Source: Chlorokybus atmophyticus (taxonomy: Eukaryota > Plantae > Mesostigma and Chlorokybus algae). Taken from it: a stretch of DNA of 64,000 nt. The notes beneath the pieces were generated by a model, which worked only from the letters and a program-made list of their open reading frames with translations, made no database searches and was not told the origin of the DNA. Both the position numbers and the translations under genes were made by a program. Position 1 is the first letter of the stretch. Each line of letters opens with the position of its first letter. The stretch lies in contig RHPI01000385.1 of the NCBI GenBank assembly GCA_009103225.1, positions 337,392 to 401,391 of the forward strand, in the 5' to 3' direction. This document shows positions 23,617-36,639 of the stretch, piece after piece.

Positions 23617-25230
23617 TATATATCGTGCGTTGGTTGAATCGAGATTTGTTCGTCTTGCGCAACAGCTGGCTGGCGCTGAGCCTTCGTCTTTGCGCATCTG
23701 ACCGTCAGGTCATGACGGCCAGTAGTTTAGGACCGGTCGGTGATGTACATGTACATTATCATTATAAGAAAAGGCAACTTTCTAGAGTAATGACCAAATG
23801 TGATTATAGCTAAAATTTGACAGTACAACAGTGTTGTGTTGTACTGTCAGGTTATACATTGATATAAACAAGTCGTTTATGTTGGTGGTTGGTGTTACTT
23901 AGGCATTGTGTAAAGCAAAATAGATGCATATGGAATGCAAGTGTCAAACAGTTCAGCCAGCTCACGCACACGCACAGGTTTGCATTTTATGCATTCCCTC
24001 TTGCATCTTTTGTACACATGCATTCACATTACAGATTGGGGGNNNNNNNNNNNNNNNNNNNNNNNNNNNNNNNNNNNNNNNNNNNNNNNNNNNNNNNNNN
24101 NNNNNNNNNNNNNNNNNNNNNNNNNNNNNNNNNNNNNNNNNNNNNNNNNNNNNNNNNNNNNNNNNNNNNNNNNNNNNNNNNNNNNNNNNNNNNNNNNNNN
24201 NNNNNNNNNNNNNNNNNNNNNNNNNNNNNNNNNNNNNNNNNNNNNNNNNNNNNNNNNNNNNNNNNNNNNNNNNNNNNNNNNNNNNNNNNNNNNNNNNNNN
24301 NNNNNNNNNNNNNNNNNNNNNNNGGGGGGCGCAGACCAGCGCTTAGCTGCTAGCACACTAGACAGGCTAGCAAGCCAACTAGTACGAAAACCCCAAGGAG
24401 GCAGGGGAGCAAGGATGCAAGGGCTGGACCCGGCATAACCACCTGCGCAGCAAAGGCGTGTGTGCAACCCATCTTTTTGACTTGTATATTATGTTTTTGA
24501 GTGATACTTGATTAAATAATAGACACATAGTCTCACGGATATGTACCGATAAGAATTGTCACAATGCGCTTGTTTAGCTGATACTTGGGTGATTGCTGTG
24601 CTAGCATATATGGACCAAAAGCATAGCAGAAAAGAGTGAGCGGAGCAGGAGCAGCGACCATGCATACAATACCATGACCAGAGCAATACTCAGAAGCATG
24701 ACAGCAGGAGCAACGACCGGCATGCACACTTAGCACTTGATGGGCTTCCGTTCATTGCGTTTCCATCGCCTCAGCATTGAAGCATGAACAATAATGGTGA
24801 CTATGCAATCACAAGACACTGTTATGGGCAGCAAGACTTGGCTGGTCCTTACTGAACAATTTGGCAGCGACCGAGCATACCTGCACGTGTTGTCACACTA
24901 CGTACGCTGAAGCCAACTCTACCGCAATGTATGAACCATAATTATTGTCCTCTGAAACCGAGTACTACGACCTGAAGTGAGACGTTGATGATTGCAGCCT
25001 GCAGTGGACACCGTAGACAAGGACCGCCTTGAATGAGTGGCAATGCTCACAGCTCCACCTGAACATTGCTAAGCAGGTGGAGGTGTCCTTGTGGCAGCCA
25101 GCCACATGGCCCGCCATTGCTAAGTGGCAGCTGATGAGCACAAACTGGCAGAGTCCAAGGAGGCCCGTCACACATTAATATAAAGATTTGACCTGCTTCA
25201 AATGTGCCGTCCTGCTTAATGCACTTGGCC

Positions 25231-26848
25231 TCAGCTTGTCTCCTCAACTTTGGGTCGCTTCTCGCTTGCAGTTTCTGATGCAACAGCTGCATCAGCTGCC
25301 GCACCCTTTTTCCTCTTCTGCTTGCCCTCCGCTTTCTGTGTCAACATGATTGCCATCAGTACTGCTTTACAAGCACAAGTGACGAACACACAGTTCAAAT
25401 GACATGTAACAAACGCAGAAGTAAGAACATACACGCTTTGAGTGGCATGCTACCTGTAGCAATGCGAGTGCTCGTTGCTGCTCGAGCTGAGTCCGCAACC
25501 TTTTAACCTGCGCATGCATCACTCAGCACACCAACATTACAGGCACACGGGCTGTGTTGCACATCAAGAGATTCCAGGCAGCATTAACAATGCATGGCGC
25601 AATACCTCTTCGTCTGAGGGATACATAGGAATGATATCGTCCTGAGTGTGTCGTGTACCGCATAGTGGGCACTCGTCACTGCCAACCTGCACAAGGTCGA
25701 AGGTTAACACATAGAGCCTTCAAAACTAAACAACGCGCAACAGTAACCTGATTTCGTTTAAGAGGACAGCCTTGGATGAAACAAGTTTACCTGCTTTATG
25801 CACTTATTGCTGATGACATGGCCGCACACTTTAAACGCTGAAAACCTGATTACCACAACTGCGGTCAGCCAAAGCTACTAGGTTGATGTACAAGAACATA
25901 CACACATTGGTATGCAACTGCGAAAGACGCACAACAAGCGCTTACGGATTGCGCCAACCAGCCCGCACGCCTGTGACGGGGCAGATGAACTCGCAGAACG
26001 AAGAGGCCGAGTTGGAAGCGCCTTCCTTGGCAACCTCGCCTGAGGCCGCCTCCTCGCCACGTGCCAATCGCACCTGAAAAACGTCCTGCCGCACACAAGA
26101 TCAATGAGCGACAGCGCATAAGGCAGCGCACAGAGATTGCAAGCTTGCAACCTGACGAGTAGGGCAGGCATCATAACCGCAACACGGTTGGTGATGTAAA
26201 TGCGATGCTCACATACAATGCTTTTGAACAACGTGCGTGCAACAACAACTTCACGAAACCTCAACCGCTGTGTCTTGCTGAACATACCTTTATGGATCTG
26301 ATGTGCTCAAAGCGGTCGACAAAGTCCTTCCTATGCTCCTCCTTCACCTGTAACCATGAGGTTTTCAGCTACACTATGCCGAGCACACAGCAACACGCAT
26401 TATAAACCTGCACATACAATGGCGCTGCGCACCTTTTCAAGCTCTGTGCCAGCCCTGCGTGCCAGCAGATACTCCAGAATTGTTTGCCTGTTGTACAGCT
26501 TTCCCAACCCACACGCCACAATCGGCTCCCTGAAAACAACAAACTTGTATGTTGTTGCAAACAGCATATGACACTTCTTGTGTTCTGTGAATGCCAAACG
26601 TAATTCAAACTGTGATTGGATGCTGTGTGTGATTGCGGAACTTACTGAAGTGCCTCCCCGGACATTGCGCATGTGGACCACTGGCTGGCGGAGAGTTCAT
26701 CCTTACTGAGTGTTTCCTCTTTGTAGACGGATGATGCATTCACGTTGCCGCCGTGAGTGGACTTTGACTTGTCTTTGCTGGCAAATCGCCAGGACGTGCC
26801 GCGAAGAACATCGCTTCTGCTGATAATCGTTCCACCATCTAATCCCAT
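25231..26848 (-). CDS. RTF2: Replication termination factor 2 homolog; multi-exon, 3' end uncertain
   Basis: MGLDGGTI...WSTCAMSGEALQ|EPIVACGLGKLYNRQTILEYLL, FEHIRSIK|DVF, FICPVTG and CPLCG motifs. Confidence 0.85.
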
Positions 26849-27666
26849 GGCGTTAGGCTGATAGACACTTGGCCTGCACCCAAAACAGCACACTTGAGGC
26901 CGCCAATGCAACAAACCACTTTAATCCTGGTCATAACTCAACTTTGCAAGCACTTTGTAGTGTATGCACAAGTACGACACGTACAAGCAGGCACTGTGCA
27001 TGAATGCAAGTAGGTGACTTGCGGCGTGGTGTATATTTGCGTCGTCAGTCACACATGCGGCCAGCACTAAAAGTGTTTACATTCATACATACAAACTGAG
27101 TGCGTTGCCGGTAGCAACTGCTGCTTCAGATCAAGCAAAGTAGCAAGATCAATGGGAAAACGTGATTGCAACACACCAGTACAAGTAGCGACAAGCTTGT
27201 ACGATCAAGGACAGTGCAGCTAGCTTCACGTCAGCCAGACAAGCTGAAAATGTCAACTGTGAATGGCGTATTGACAAATCAACTTGAAGCAGAGCTGGTG
27301 GAACCAAAACCCAACCGACCAACCAACCATTCAACCAGCTCCGTACCTATGCAGAGACAAATTGGTTCTTGACAGCGTCTGTAGAGAACAATAAAATAGA
27401 GGAAGGCGGAGCAGAACTAGGACCTACAGTAACAAGACAAGAAGAAGGCCAAGAGCTCCAAGAGCTGCCCCCCTGCTACCCTTCCACTACTGCTCCCTAT
27501 TTTCCTCCTGCTCCTGCTTGCCCTTCTTCTCCGCAGCTACCTTCACAACTACCTCCTCCACTACCTCCTCGTCCTCGTCCTCCGCAGCCGCCGCCGTGCG
27601 CAAGGGCACCTACACAAGTCGCTGAGTCGTCCATGTGGTTATGATGTGGTACCCGTAGTGGCAGCC

Positions 27667-29696
27667 ATGGAGGCGGCGGTGGCGCCGGCGGGCGGGTCGC
27701 GGGCGGCGGCGGTGGCGCTGCAGCCGTCGTTTAGGAGGACAGCTAGCAGGAGAGGTGTTAGGCCGCAGCCGTCGCCGTCACCATTACGGAGGAGCAGGGG
27801 CTTGGCGCTGAGCATTAGCAGCACAAGTAGCAGCAACAGCACAAATACAGGCGTTCACCAGCATGGGTGGAGGCTGCGCTGCCAGTGTAGAGTAGAGCCT
27901 CCTGCCGAGAAGGAACGGGCGGCGGAGGACGAGGTGATCAGGGCCGTGTTTAACGCTTCCTACTCGCACGCTGCTGAGGTTGAGGAGCGGGAACGACCCC
28001 TTGGTAAGGTTTGGCCTGCATTGACCAGAACTAAAACGATTAGACTTGCTCAAATCTTGCATTTGGGTGCCAAGCGGTAGCAGTCGCGGTCCTGCCGCGT
28101 TCATTAGCTTGCTTGGCTTGTACGCGCAGTGTAATAGTGATTGTGCCTCTCTTGCCACAGATAGCTTTGCATGCAACGCAATTGCTGCTGCCAATCTAAT
28201 AACGTTGGGTGCAGTCGCAATACGAACAGGCTGATTGGACATTGTGCATGCCTTGTATACGCACATATGCTAGTGCTTTTGCTCGCGTGGCTGCTAGTTC
28301 CGGACAAAGGGTATCCCATGCTAGTTGTAACTGTGCGTTAGCCTGTTGCTGATTGGTGTCTTGATGCGCAGCCCAGTACATGACACTACCAGCTTCGCAG
28401 TATTCAGTGTTGGATGCAAAGCGCATCGAGCGGATAGATGACAAGACATTCATATGCTACGTTGGAGGGATACATTTTTTCAACTTTGAGGTGAGCGGGA
28501 GGCGTGCTTTGCATTGCAGCTTTGTTCAAACACCAGCAATGAATCACGCTTGGCGGGTTGACCATTTAACCAACAATTACTCAACCGGACTGGCATTGAT
28601 TATTCCTTGTAGGTGCAACCAGTGCTTACTGTTAGGGTAGATGAGGAGCCTACTGGTTGCACCATACGACTGCTGGACTGCAAGGCAAGCTGGTATTGCT
28701 TTGTTCACCGTGGCTTGCTCATCTACTGCCGTGTCATTGTCGTGCATCTTCAATGCAGCGCTACCAGGGACATACACCGCTGCTGGTTACGCGTGCTGAT
28801 AGTTCTATCTCTTGCTGTCGCCAATGCAGTTGGAAGGCCCAGCAGTTGTAACGGCGCAGAATGACAAGTTCTCAGGTTGGTTGCGGTCAGTGAACACTTG
28901 GTTGGCGCCTGGCTTGCCCTTGCGTGCACATGTGCACATGTGCATGTGTGCAGGATGGTGCATATGGAGCTGTGGTTGTGCCTGCTGGTCTTAGTAGAGT
29001 AACTTGAGCATGTGATAGTATCCCGATCTCCTGTAACTTAGTGGCTTCCGTTAACAGCTTCCATGGTCAACAAGGTATCTTACTCTGATGTTGAGTCCTC
29101 CACGAACAAGTGCATACGAAGTGACACAACTCTTCAGGTATGCACAACTGTTTTTGTGTTGCTGTCAGCAGTGGCAGTTCGAAGCAAGTTTTTGCACTTC
29201 ACATCCAGCGCAATTGCCTTTGTAGTGCGGCCAATTTTACTTATCACTGTTCACCAGAGTTCGCCATCCAACGCTGGCCCAATGGCAGGTTCAGGTTGGA
29301 GTTCCTCGGGCGTTTCGCTTTCTGGGTGTTGATAACATTGGCAATGTTGGAAGCCGTGTCATGAAAAGCGTATTGGGCGCGATGGTTCCGCGATTTACGG
29401 AACAGGTACCCCTCAGCAGCATGCACTGCTGCAAAAGTTGTGTAAACAGTGTTTGCTTCATGAAAGGCTCACAATTGCAGGACTAAGGTAGAGCAAGCTG
29501 TTAGCGTGCATGCCAGGGTTGCTACATGACAGGCGTGCTTACCAGTATCGTGCATTGTATCCATGGTCGTGGATTGGTTCTCCTGTAACATGGCTCTCTA
29601 CTGCAGTTGTCCAAAGACTACTACCGCTGGGCTGCTGGTGATGATTCCAGGCAACCTGACCCAGAGGCCTCCATAGCGCCTGACTCCATAGAATAG
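27667..29696 (+). CDS. DUF1997 (SRPBCC-like) protein with a plastid transit peptide-like N-terminus; multi-exon
   Basis: Ser/Arg/Ala-rich leader, then YMTLPASQYSVLDAKRIERIDDKTF...PVLTVRV...LLDCK|LEG...QNDKFS and LSKDYYRWA. Confidence 0.82.
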
Positions 29697-30784
29697 TTTG
29701 TCACTAGCACCATACCATAGGATAACTGCGAAAGGTAATGAAGACGCGCGTGATTGTTTTGGCTGCATTAGTTGCAGAATGCTGTGCAGCATGCACTTGG
29801 TCAAGTTAGCTGCCTGTGCACATAGTAGTAGGCACTTCCATGACCATACATTTTAATGTTGCTTGTTTGCAACATGTATCTGTTATTTTGTATGATAAGC
29901 GTTGTTGTATGCATATATCTGTGCGCTTGGTAAGCAGCAACAGCAACAGCAAGAGGACAATTGCTACAACAAACACAACAACCACCCTCCTCCTACCCAC
30001 CCTACCCTTCCACCACTACCTAAGGGCCACATTCATGGGGTAAACCAGACAAAGCAACAACCGTGCGACTATGTGCAGCAGCAGCGGGAGGGGTGGCAGC
30101 AATTGATGATGATACCTAGGTTGAAGTAACAGTACCTGAGAGACCATCGGATGTTGTACTTGGACCTGCTATGCAATATCTTCTCAACAGCGCAAGTTGC
30201 AGTAACAGTATCTCAGAAACTATCAGCTATACACTTGGCATCTTGCACACTTCACAACACAGCGTGTTTCTTGAAAACATCAGCCAGTACCACTACACAT
30301 AATGATACCCAGGTTTACTTGAAGACCATGCTTCACAGTGACAACATGACTGACATGTAGGTGTCAGCGCCCTTCGGCATATCATGGCAGTGTACTTCGG
30401 GACATGCATGCTCAACCAGCTAGTGCATACACAGGTGCATGTACAAGCCCCCCAAGACTAGCACATGCAGAACTAAGTGGACCTCAGCTTGCTATAACAT
30501 GCAAGGCGTACTTATGTTTCTGATGCTTAACAGCCCGGCTCTCTATCTGCCACAGGCAACAGCGCGTAGAACCAGTTTTGTCAGGGCTAAGCAGGTTCAA
30601 AATTGCGATGAACCACTCATGCAACTGCTACTGTTTGCAGGACAAGGCCAGTGCTGCACACTGCGTTTCGCAACTGACGCTTGCGCTACAGGATAACATG
30701 GTTGGCGCAAGGGCACTATGCAAAGTCCTCTGTCGTATGGGATTGCCAGCAGCAAGCTATCTCCAACAACAGCTGGACAGCTCC

Positions 30785-32590
30785 TCATTTGTGATACAAG
30801 AATGCAAGCCCGAAAATCACGAATCCACCCATCTGCAAACAAACGGGCCATGTGCGAAACATGAATAACTCATTAGTGACCACTGTGGACGCACAAAACC
30901 GCAACAGGCAAACATCGTTTTTCACAGGCACCGCGTACCATAGAAAATGCGGAAGCGTAATAGGGGAATGCAGATGGTATGAACCTCTCATACTCATTGT
31001 GCCGGAACGGCCGCACTGGCACCTGGGTACTCAGCTGCAGGTGTGTGTACCCAACCCGCCGGTAGTCAAGAACGAACTTGAACACGCCGTACACATCAGG
31101 GGATTCAAAGGTTGTGAAGAACTTCCCTTTGCCATCCTGCGACAGCGTGGTGCGAATGTACGGGTCCAACATGACAAACTCCAGCTGCACGTCATCCGCC
31201 CGGAAAGGCCGCCATGCACGCTTTGCGGCATCCCACTCTTCAATTTGCACTTCATAATGAATACGGTCGTTGATGCGATACATGGACGGCGAATGCGAAC
31301 CCTCTGGATCGAATGCTCGCCTGTGCACGACGCTGTGCGCCCGCAACCAACCCCGCTCGTGAAATGCCCACTTTGTCAACCCGACAGCAAACTTCTCGTT
31401 GCTCGACTTGGGTGCAGTGAACAGCGCATCTGAGAAGAGGTCAAGCGAGCCGGACACAATCACGCGAGCTCCATTGCGGGCCTGCATGGCCGTCACGAGG
31501 GCAATGGAGGACCCGGCCAGGGTAGGAGCGCGCGCGACGGGTGTGGCATCCTCTGAGTGCGACCACGAGTAAGCTGTTGGCGAGGCCGAAACCACTGTCA
31601 CAACGAGTTCACTTTCTGGGCTAATACTCTGAGCAATGCCACGGAACAACACCGGTGAAGTCAAGGACTCTCCGAGCAAGCGCGCTGCAACCGATGAAGG
31701 GTCTGCTGCCAGCAGCGTGTGGTCCGCCTTGGAAGCCTCAGCTGCATGGTCCACGACAATATACCCGTCTTCATCCAAGTCCACGCCGCACTCGGCAACA
31801 ACGTCCCGAACCCACTCACTCGCACCCGGCGCCAGAGCGATGATGGCATCGCCGCCTCCATCCACGAACGCAAGGACGTCAGCAACCTCAATGGTCGACT
31901 CTGTGGTGGGGGCGAAAACCACCAGCTTGTCAAACTGAGCCTCCCCATGCGTGAAGAGCTCCACACTCGAATCATCTGCCTGCAATGCACACATGTTTAA
32001 TGCGCATGTCAATGCACCTGACGAGGGAAGCACCACTCTGTATACTAGCTCTAAAAGCAGTTATTGGCATGCATGACAACCCTGTAGCCAAAGTTATCAA
32101 ATCAGCTCAAGCTGCATGGCATGCATCCCCCAGGAACTGCCAGCATGCTAGATGAAGACGTTGGATTGCACGTGCATGCAATGCATGTGCGGTCTAGTGT
32201 ATGAAGGAAATGCGTACCGTAGCCACATGCAATGCTTCGATTCCTATGCATGCACATGCACATGGGAGACGCTGTACAGCTTGAAGCAATGAGTTGATCA
32301 CAACAGGACGATGGGCATTTAGGCGTAGAAGCTCGGCTGAGCCCCATGCGTCTTACCGTTGTGATGGTGAGGCTGTAGCCTGCCTGCTTGAGGGCGGCAA
32401 GGTACTTGGAGTGTGTGGCCTGGACCGACAGGTCGTCGGCAAGGACAAGCACCCTCCTACCCGTCGTAGCCGGCTCAGCGGCGGTAGAGGCGGATACCCA
32501 TCTACCCACTCCACCAACAGCCAGCAGCACCGCCAGCAGCAGCACGGCCGTCACGGGCCTCGCCGCCCCCGCCATCGACGGCGACGCCAT
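30785..32590 (-). CDS. OST48: Oligosaccharyltransferase 48-kDa subunit (DDOST/WBP1); 3 exons
   Basis: Signal peptide, RVLVLAD...ATHSKY, MQARNGARVIVSGSLDLFSD, DDVQLEFVMLDPYIR, PDVYGVFKFVLDYRRVGYT, RPFRHNEYERFIPSAFPYYASAFSM. Confidence 0.95.
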
Positions 32591-32605
32591 GCTGCAGGAT
32601 GACAG

Positions 32606-32614
32606 TTAGGGTTT
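32606..32614. promoter_or_regulatory. Telo-box 16 bp upstream of the OST48 start codon
   Basis: Exact TTAGGGTTT. Confidence 0.45.
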
Positions 32615-33612
32615 CGATCCACTGCTTTGTTCAAAGATTCACTGAACGACGTGCTTGGCAGTATTGGTAGTTCACTGAGTCACAATTGGTCACGACAACA
32701 CGTGAGATGCACTGCTGCCAAGTCAGGGCAATCAGGGGCAATCAGGCGCTGCAGGCGGCACTGCTGGGTTGCTGTGTCACTGTGACAAGCGCGTCGCTCA
32801 TGCAAGTAGAGACGGTTCGCTTGTGTGCAGCATGCAGCGCCTAGCAAGCATGCGAGACAGCAGGCGATAAAACCGAGACCTGGGAAACCTTCGCACAAGC
32901 GTGATGACCCAAATGGGCCAAAAATTATTCAGTTGGTTGCATGGGTTCAAACCTTTCGACACTGCTGCACGGTGGTTGGGTTGACAGCTGGCACTTGCTT
33001 ACTGCCGTCAATGAAACGCACGCTAGTGCGTTGGCAGGGCGAGACCTGTGAGATGATGGCGAATCTGGCTCCATCACGCATGCACCAGCACAGGAAACTG
33101 TCAGACGCTGTCTTGAAACACACACGACAACCTCTTCGGCAGGCTGAGGCACTGTCGTCCAGCCTATATATGTTGCGGAGTGACAGCTTGATTGAATGGC
33201 CCTAATGGGTTGCGTGACCTTGGCTTTCACAGCTGGCGGCAAGCTGTACAGGTTGCTGCCTTGCTTGAGTGCACCCGTCTACTACGGGAAACCTGCTGCA
33301 ATCTGCCTTTCAGTTCTCGCTAAGCGTACTTTGCCTACAGCTGCCCAACATAGTAATTCTGCTGCAAGAGTCCACCGCCGCCCCTCGCTCAAAGCGGAAG
33401 AGGAAGAGGACAGCTGCAACGCTACTAGCTTCTGAGAACAGCGCTCCGGACTTGGGACTCGAGGTAAGTTACCTTACATAAGCGCTGAATTCAAAGCTGC
33501 TTGCTTTGATGCTGCCTTCTCTGTACCCTATGCATGCATGCATGGGGTACATGCGTTGTATACGCGTGCAAGCACAGCTCAGGCCAAATGTGTCTGCAAG
33601 TCAACTGTCAGC

Positions 33613-33955
33613 ATGGGAAAGAATACTGCTCCGCCCAAGATCTACATCATCTACCACTCGATCTGGGGGCACGTCCGCACCTTGGCCCACCAGGTGGCTG
33701 AGGGGGTCAAAGAGGCAGGCGGCGAAGTCCATCTCTTCCAGGCGAGTTGCATGCATGTAGACGAAGGGTTTTGGGAAGTGCTTGACTGTCGGATGCGTGC
33801 CTGTATAGGTGCCTGAGACACTACCAAAAGAGGTCCTTGAGAAGGTAGGCGCAGGTTGCTCTAAGTGCTGCAACTAGAAACTGGCAGCGTTGCTACAAGT
33901 CATTGTGCGCTGCATCAATGTTTGGTTAATTACAGCAAGCCATTACACAATGCAA

Positions 33956-33999
<44 letters not shown>

Positions 34000-34596
34000 N
34001 NNNNNNNNNNNNNNNNNNNNNNNNNNNNNNNNNNNNNNNNNNNNNNNNNNNNNNNNNNNNNNNNNNNNNNNNNNNNNNNNNNNNNNNNNNNNNNNNNNNN
34101 NNNNNNNNNNNNNNNNNNNNNNNNNNNNNNNNNNNNNNNNNNNNNNNNNNNNNNNNNNNNNNNNNNNNNNNNNNNNNNNNNNNNNNNNNNNNNNNNNNNN
34201 NNNNNNNNNNNNNNNNNNNNNNNNNNNNNNNNNNNNNNNNNNNNNNNNNNNNNNNNNNNNNNNNNNNNNNNNNNNNNNNNNNNNNNNNNNNNNNNNNNNN
34301 NNNNNNNNNNNNNNNNNNNNNNNNNNNNNNNNNNNNNNNNNNNNNNNNNNNNNNNNNNNNNNNNNNNNNNNNNNNNNNNNNNNNNNNNNNNNNNNNNNNN
34401 NNNNNNNNNNNNNNNNNNNNNNNNNNNNNNNNNNNNNNNNNNNNNNNNNNNNNNNNNNNNNNNNNNNNNNNNNNNNNNNNNNNNNNNNNNNNNNNNNNNN
34501 NNNNNNNNNNNNNNNNNNNNNNNNNNNNNNNNNNNNNNNNNNNNNNNNNNNNNNNNNNNNNNNNNNNNNNNNNNNNNNNNNNNNNNNNNNNNNNNN

Positions 34597-34667
<71 letters not shown>

Positions 34668-35663
34668 CACACTTACGCGTGTGTTTCAGATGCATGCCGC
34701 ACCACGCGGGAACGACCCCACCATCACCGGAGACCAGCTGACGGAGCCAGATGGGATGCTGTGGGGCATTCCGACACGCTACGGCATGATGAGCGCTCAA
34801 TTCAAGGTGCAGTTAGCACTGTTGCAATCAGCACTGCTGAAACATTACACTGTCTCCGAGACCACAATGCATGCATGCATGAGACATGACTGCCTCCAGG
34901 AGCACACTACGTACATGCCGCACACATGAATGTTGCAACTGACACCTGGCAACTGCGACTTGCTGCAGAGTCTCATTGATGCAACCGGTCGGTTGTGGAA
35001 GGAGGTATGCTTGCAGGACGCATTGCTTTGTCGACTTCAAAAAAGGAATCTTGTCTTTCGCGTTGCTGACCACTTACTGTCACCCTGCAGTGCTCTCTGG
35101 TTGGCAAGCCAGTTGGCATTTTCTTCTGCACATCCACTCAGGGCGGAGGCCAGGTATGTACTGTGGTTGTAGTCCCATCATCACTTAGCACATCTGCATT
35201 GCTGAGATGGCTGATTGCTGCTCCTCGTTTGCAGGAAACGACTGCGTTGACGGCGGTGACGCAGATCGCGCATCATGGCATGATCTTCGTTCCCATGGGC
35301 TACACCACCCCTCTTCTGCTCAATATGGATGAGATCCATGGCGGCTCCGGCTACGGCGCTGGCTCCCTAACCACCCCAGATGGCTCGGTACGTATTGAGG
35401 GCCACATGCAACAAGTTGTAATGCTGCTTGACAAGGGTCAGACTGTTCCCAATTTCCTGTTTGTTCTGTTTGTACTGTGTGCAGTATGCGGCATGCTGGC
35501 AGGATTGTTGTCTGTGTTTGTCTGGGATAATTGAGGTTCAACACTACATTTTATGTACACACAGCGTCTTCCGACTGACCTGGAGCTGGGCATTGCCAAG
35601 CATCAGGGCTTTAACTTTACAATAACAGCAGCGGCTCTGAAGAGAGGCAGAGCCGCCATGTGA
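33613..35663 (+). CDS. Flavodoxin-like NAD(P)H:quinone oxidoreductase (WrbA/FQR1 family); multi-exon
   Basis: [24 protein letters not shown]|[33 protein letters not shown]|[26 protein letters not shown]. Confidence 0.93.
33959..34664. repeat. (CT)n microsatellite flanking the assembly gap 34000-34596, in an intron
   Basis: CT repeats on both sides of the N run. Confidence 0.95.
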
Positions 35664-36573
35664 CGGTATAGCTCTGCGGGGGTGAGCAGCGTCCATGCTG
35701 CTTGCACTCTGCACCGGCACAACGGCCTGTTGAAACCACCACTCCTGTCGTATAGCCCCCTTGTCGGCAATGCCGCCTTGTCCTTTGTGAACTGTGGCAG
35801 TGAGAAAGTAATCTCCTCTAGGCTTGAACAGCCTTTTTCAAAAACGTGTCACACCATGTGTACGTGTTTAGAACAGAGCGCTGCCCAGCGAGTGACCGGT
35901 AACCAACACGGGTCTTGGCTCCTCAAGCTTCACACGCTGTTGGAACACAAGGCTAAGCACCTGCAAGCAGTGTTTAGTTAACCAGCATAATGATTGCCCG
36001 CTTTTAGTCAACATGCCAGACCCACTAGCAGCCCCCCCCCCCCCACAGCGAGGAGATTGCGCTGCACATGCAATTTACAAGTCACCTCGCAGACGCTGTA
36101 TTAAAGAAGCTCGCATAGCACAGGCGGAGGAGGGGGAGGGGAAGGAAGAGAGAGAGGGCGTGGAAGGAGGATGAGAGGGAGGGAGAGAGGGAGGGAGGGA
36201 GAGCCGTTGCTGTGCTGCATGTTGCGTTGCTGCTGCTGCCACAGCCGTTGACTGCCGTCATTGACGCTGCTACTCGTGCTTGTACAGGTGATTACATTTT
36301 GCTGCATGCATGCTGGCATGACTAACGGGGTGGTGGTGTAGTTGTTGGCCTAGATGTAGTAGTGTAGCCCGGTGGTTGAATATATGTGAGAGTGTATATA
36401 AGGGGTATGGTACGGTGTGCGCCTGCCTGGTTGTTGTCTGCGTGATGACATATGCATGAGCAAGCACGCCCCGCATTGTTTGTACATTCAAGAAGCACGC
36501 ACGTCACACATCAGAAGCTGTAATATACATAGAATGCAAGGATTGTGGCATGCATGAGAGTGTGACACAGTGT

Positions 36574-36639
36574 AGTGTACAGAATATGCACATGATGTAT
36601 GCAACATGCACGACACATGCATGGACACTTAACAACAAT
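36574..36639 (+). repeat. 66-bp dispersed repeat, copy 2
   Basis: Matches 23551-23616. Confidence 0.8.

Noticed and set aside
23264-23700. Separate minus-strand gene between RPS25 and RTF2
   Set aside because: Short ORFs with no recognisable motif and no coherent splice model.
30852-31433. Long antisense ORFs over real exons (also 5437-6122, 11529-12437, 49011-49690, 61692-62234)
   Set aside because: Shadow frames of GC-rich coding sequence with no recognisable domains.
33865-34929. Long ORFs with poly-SL/ER, poly-P/G or X runs (also 16634-17335, 23889-24467, 46731-47303)
   Set aside because: They are translations of microsatellites, homopolymers and N gaps.
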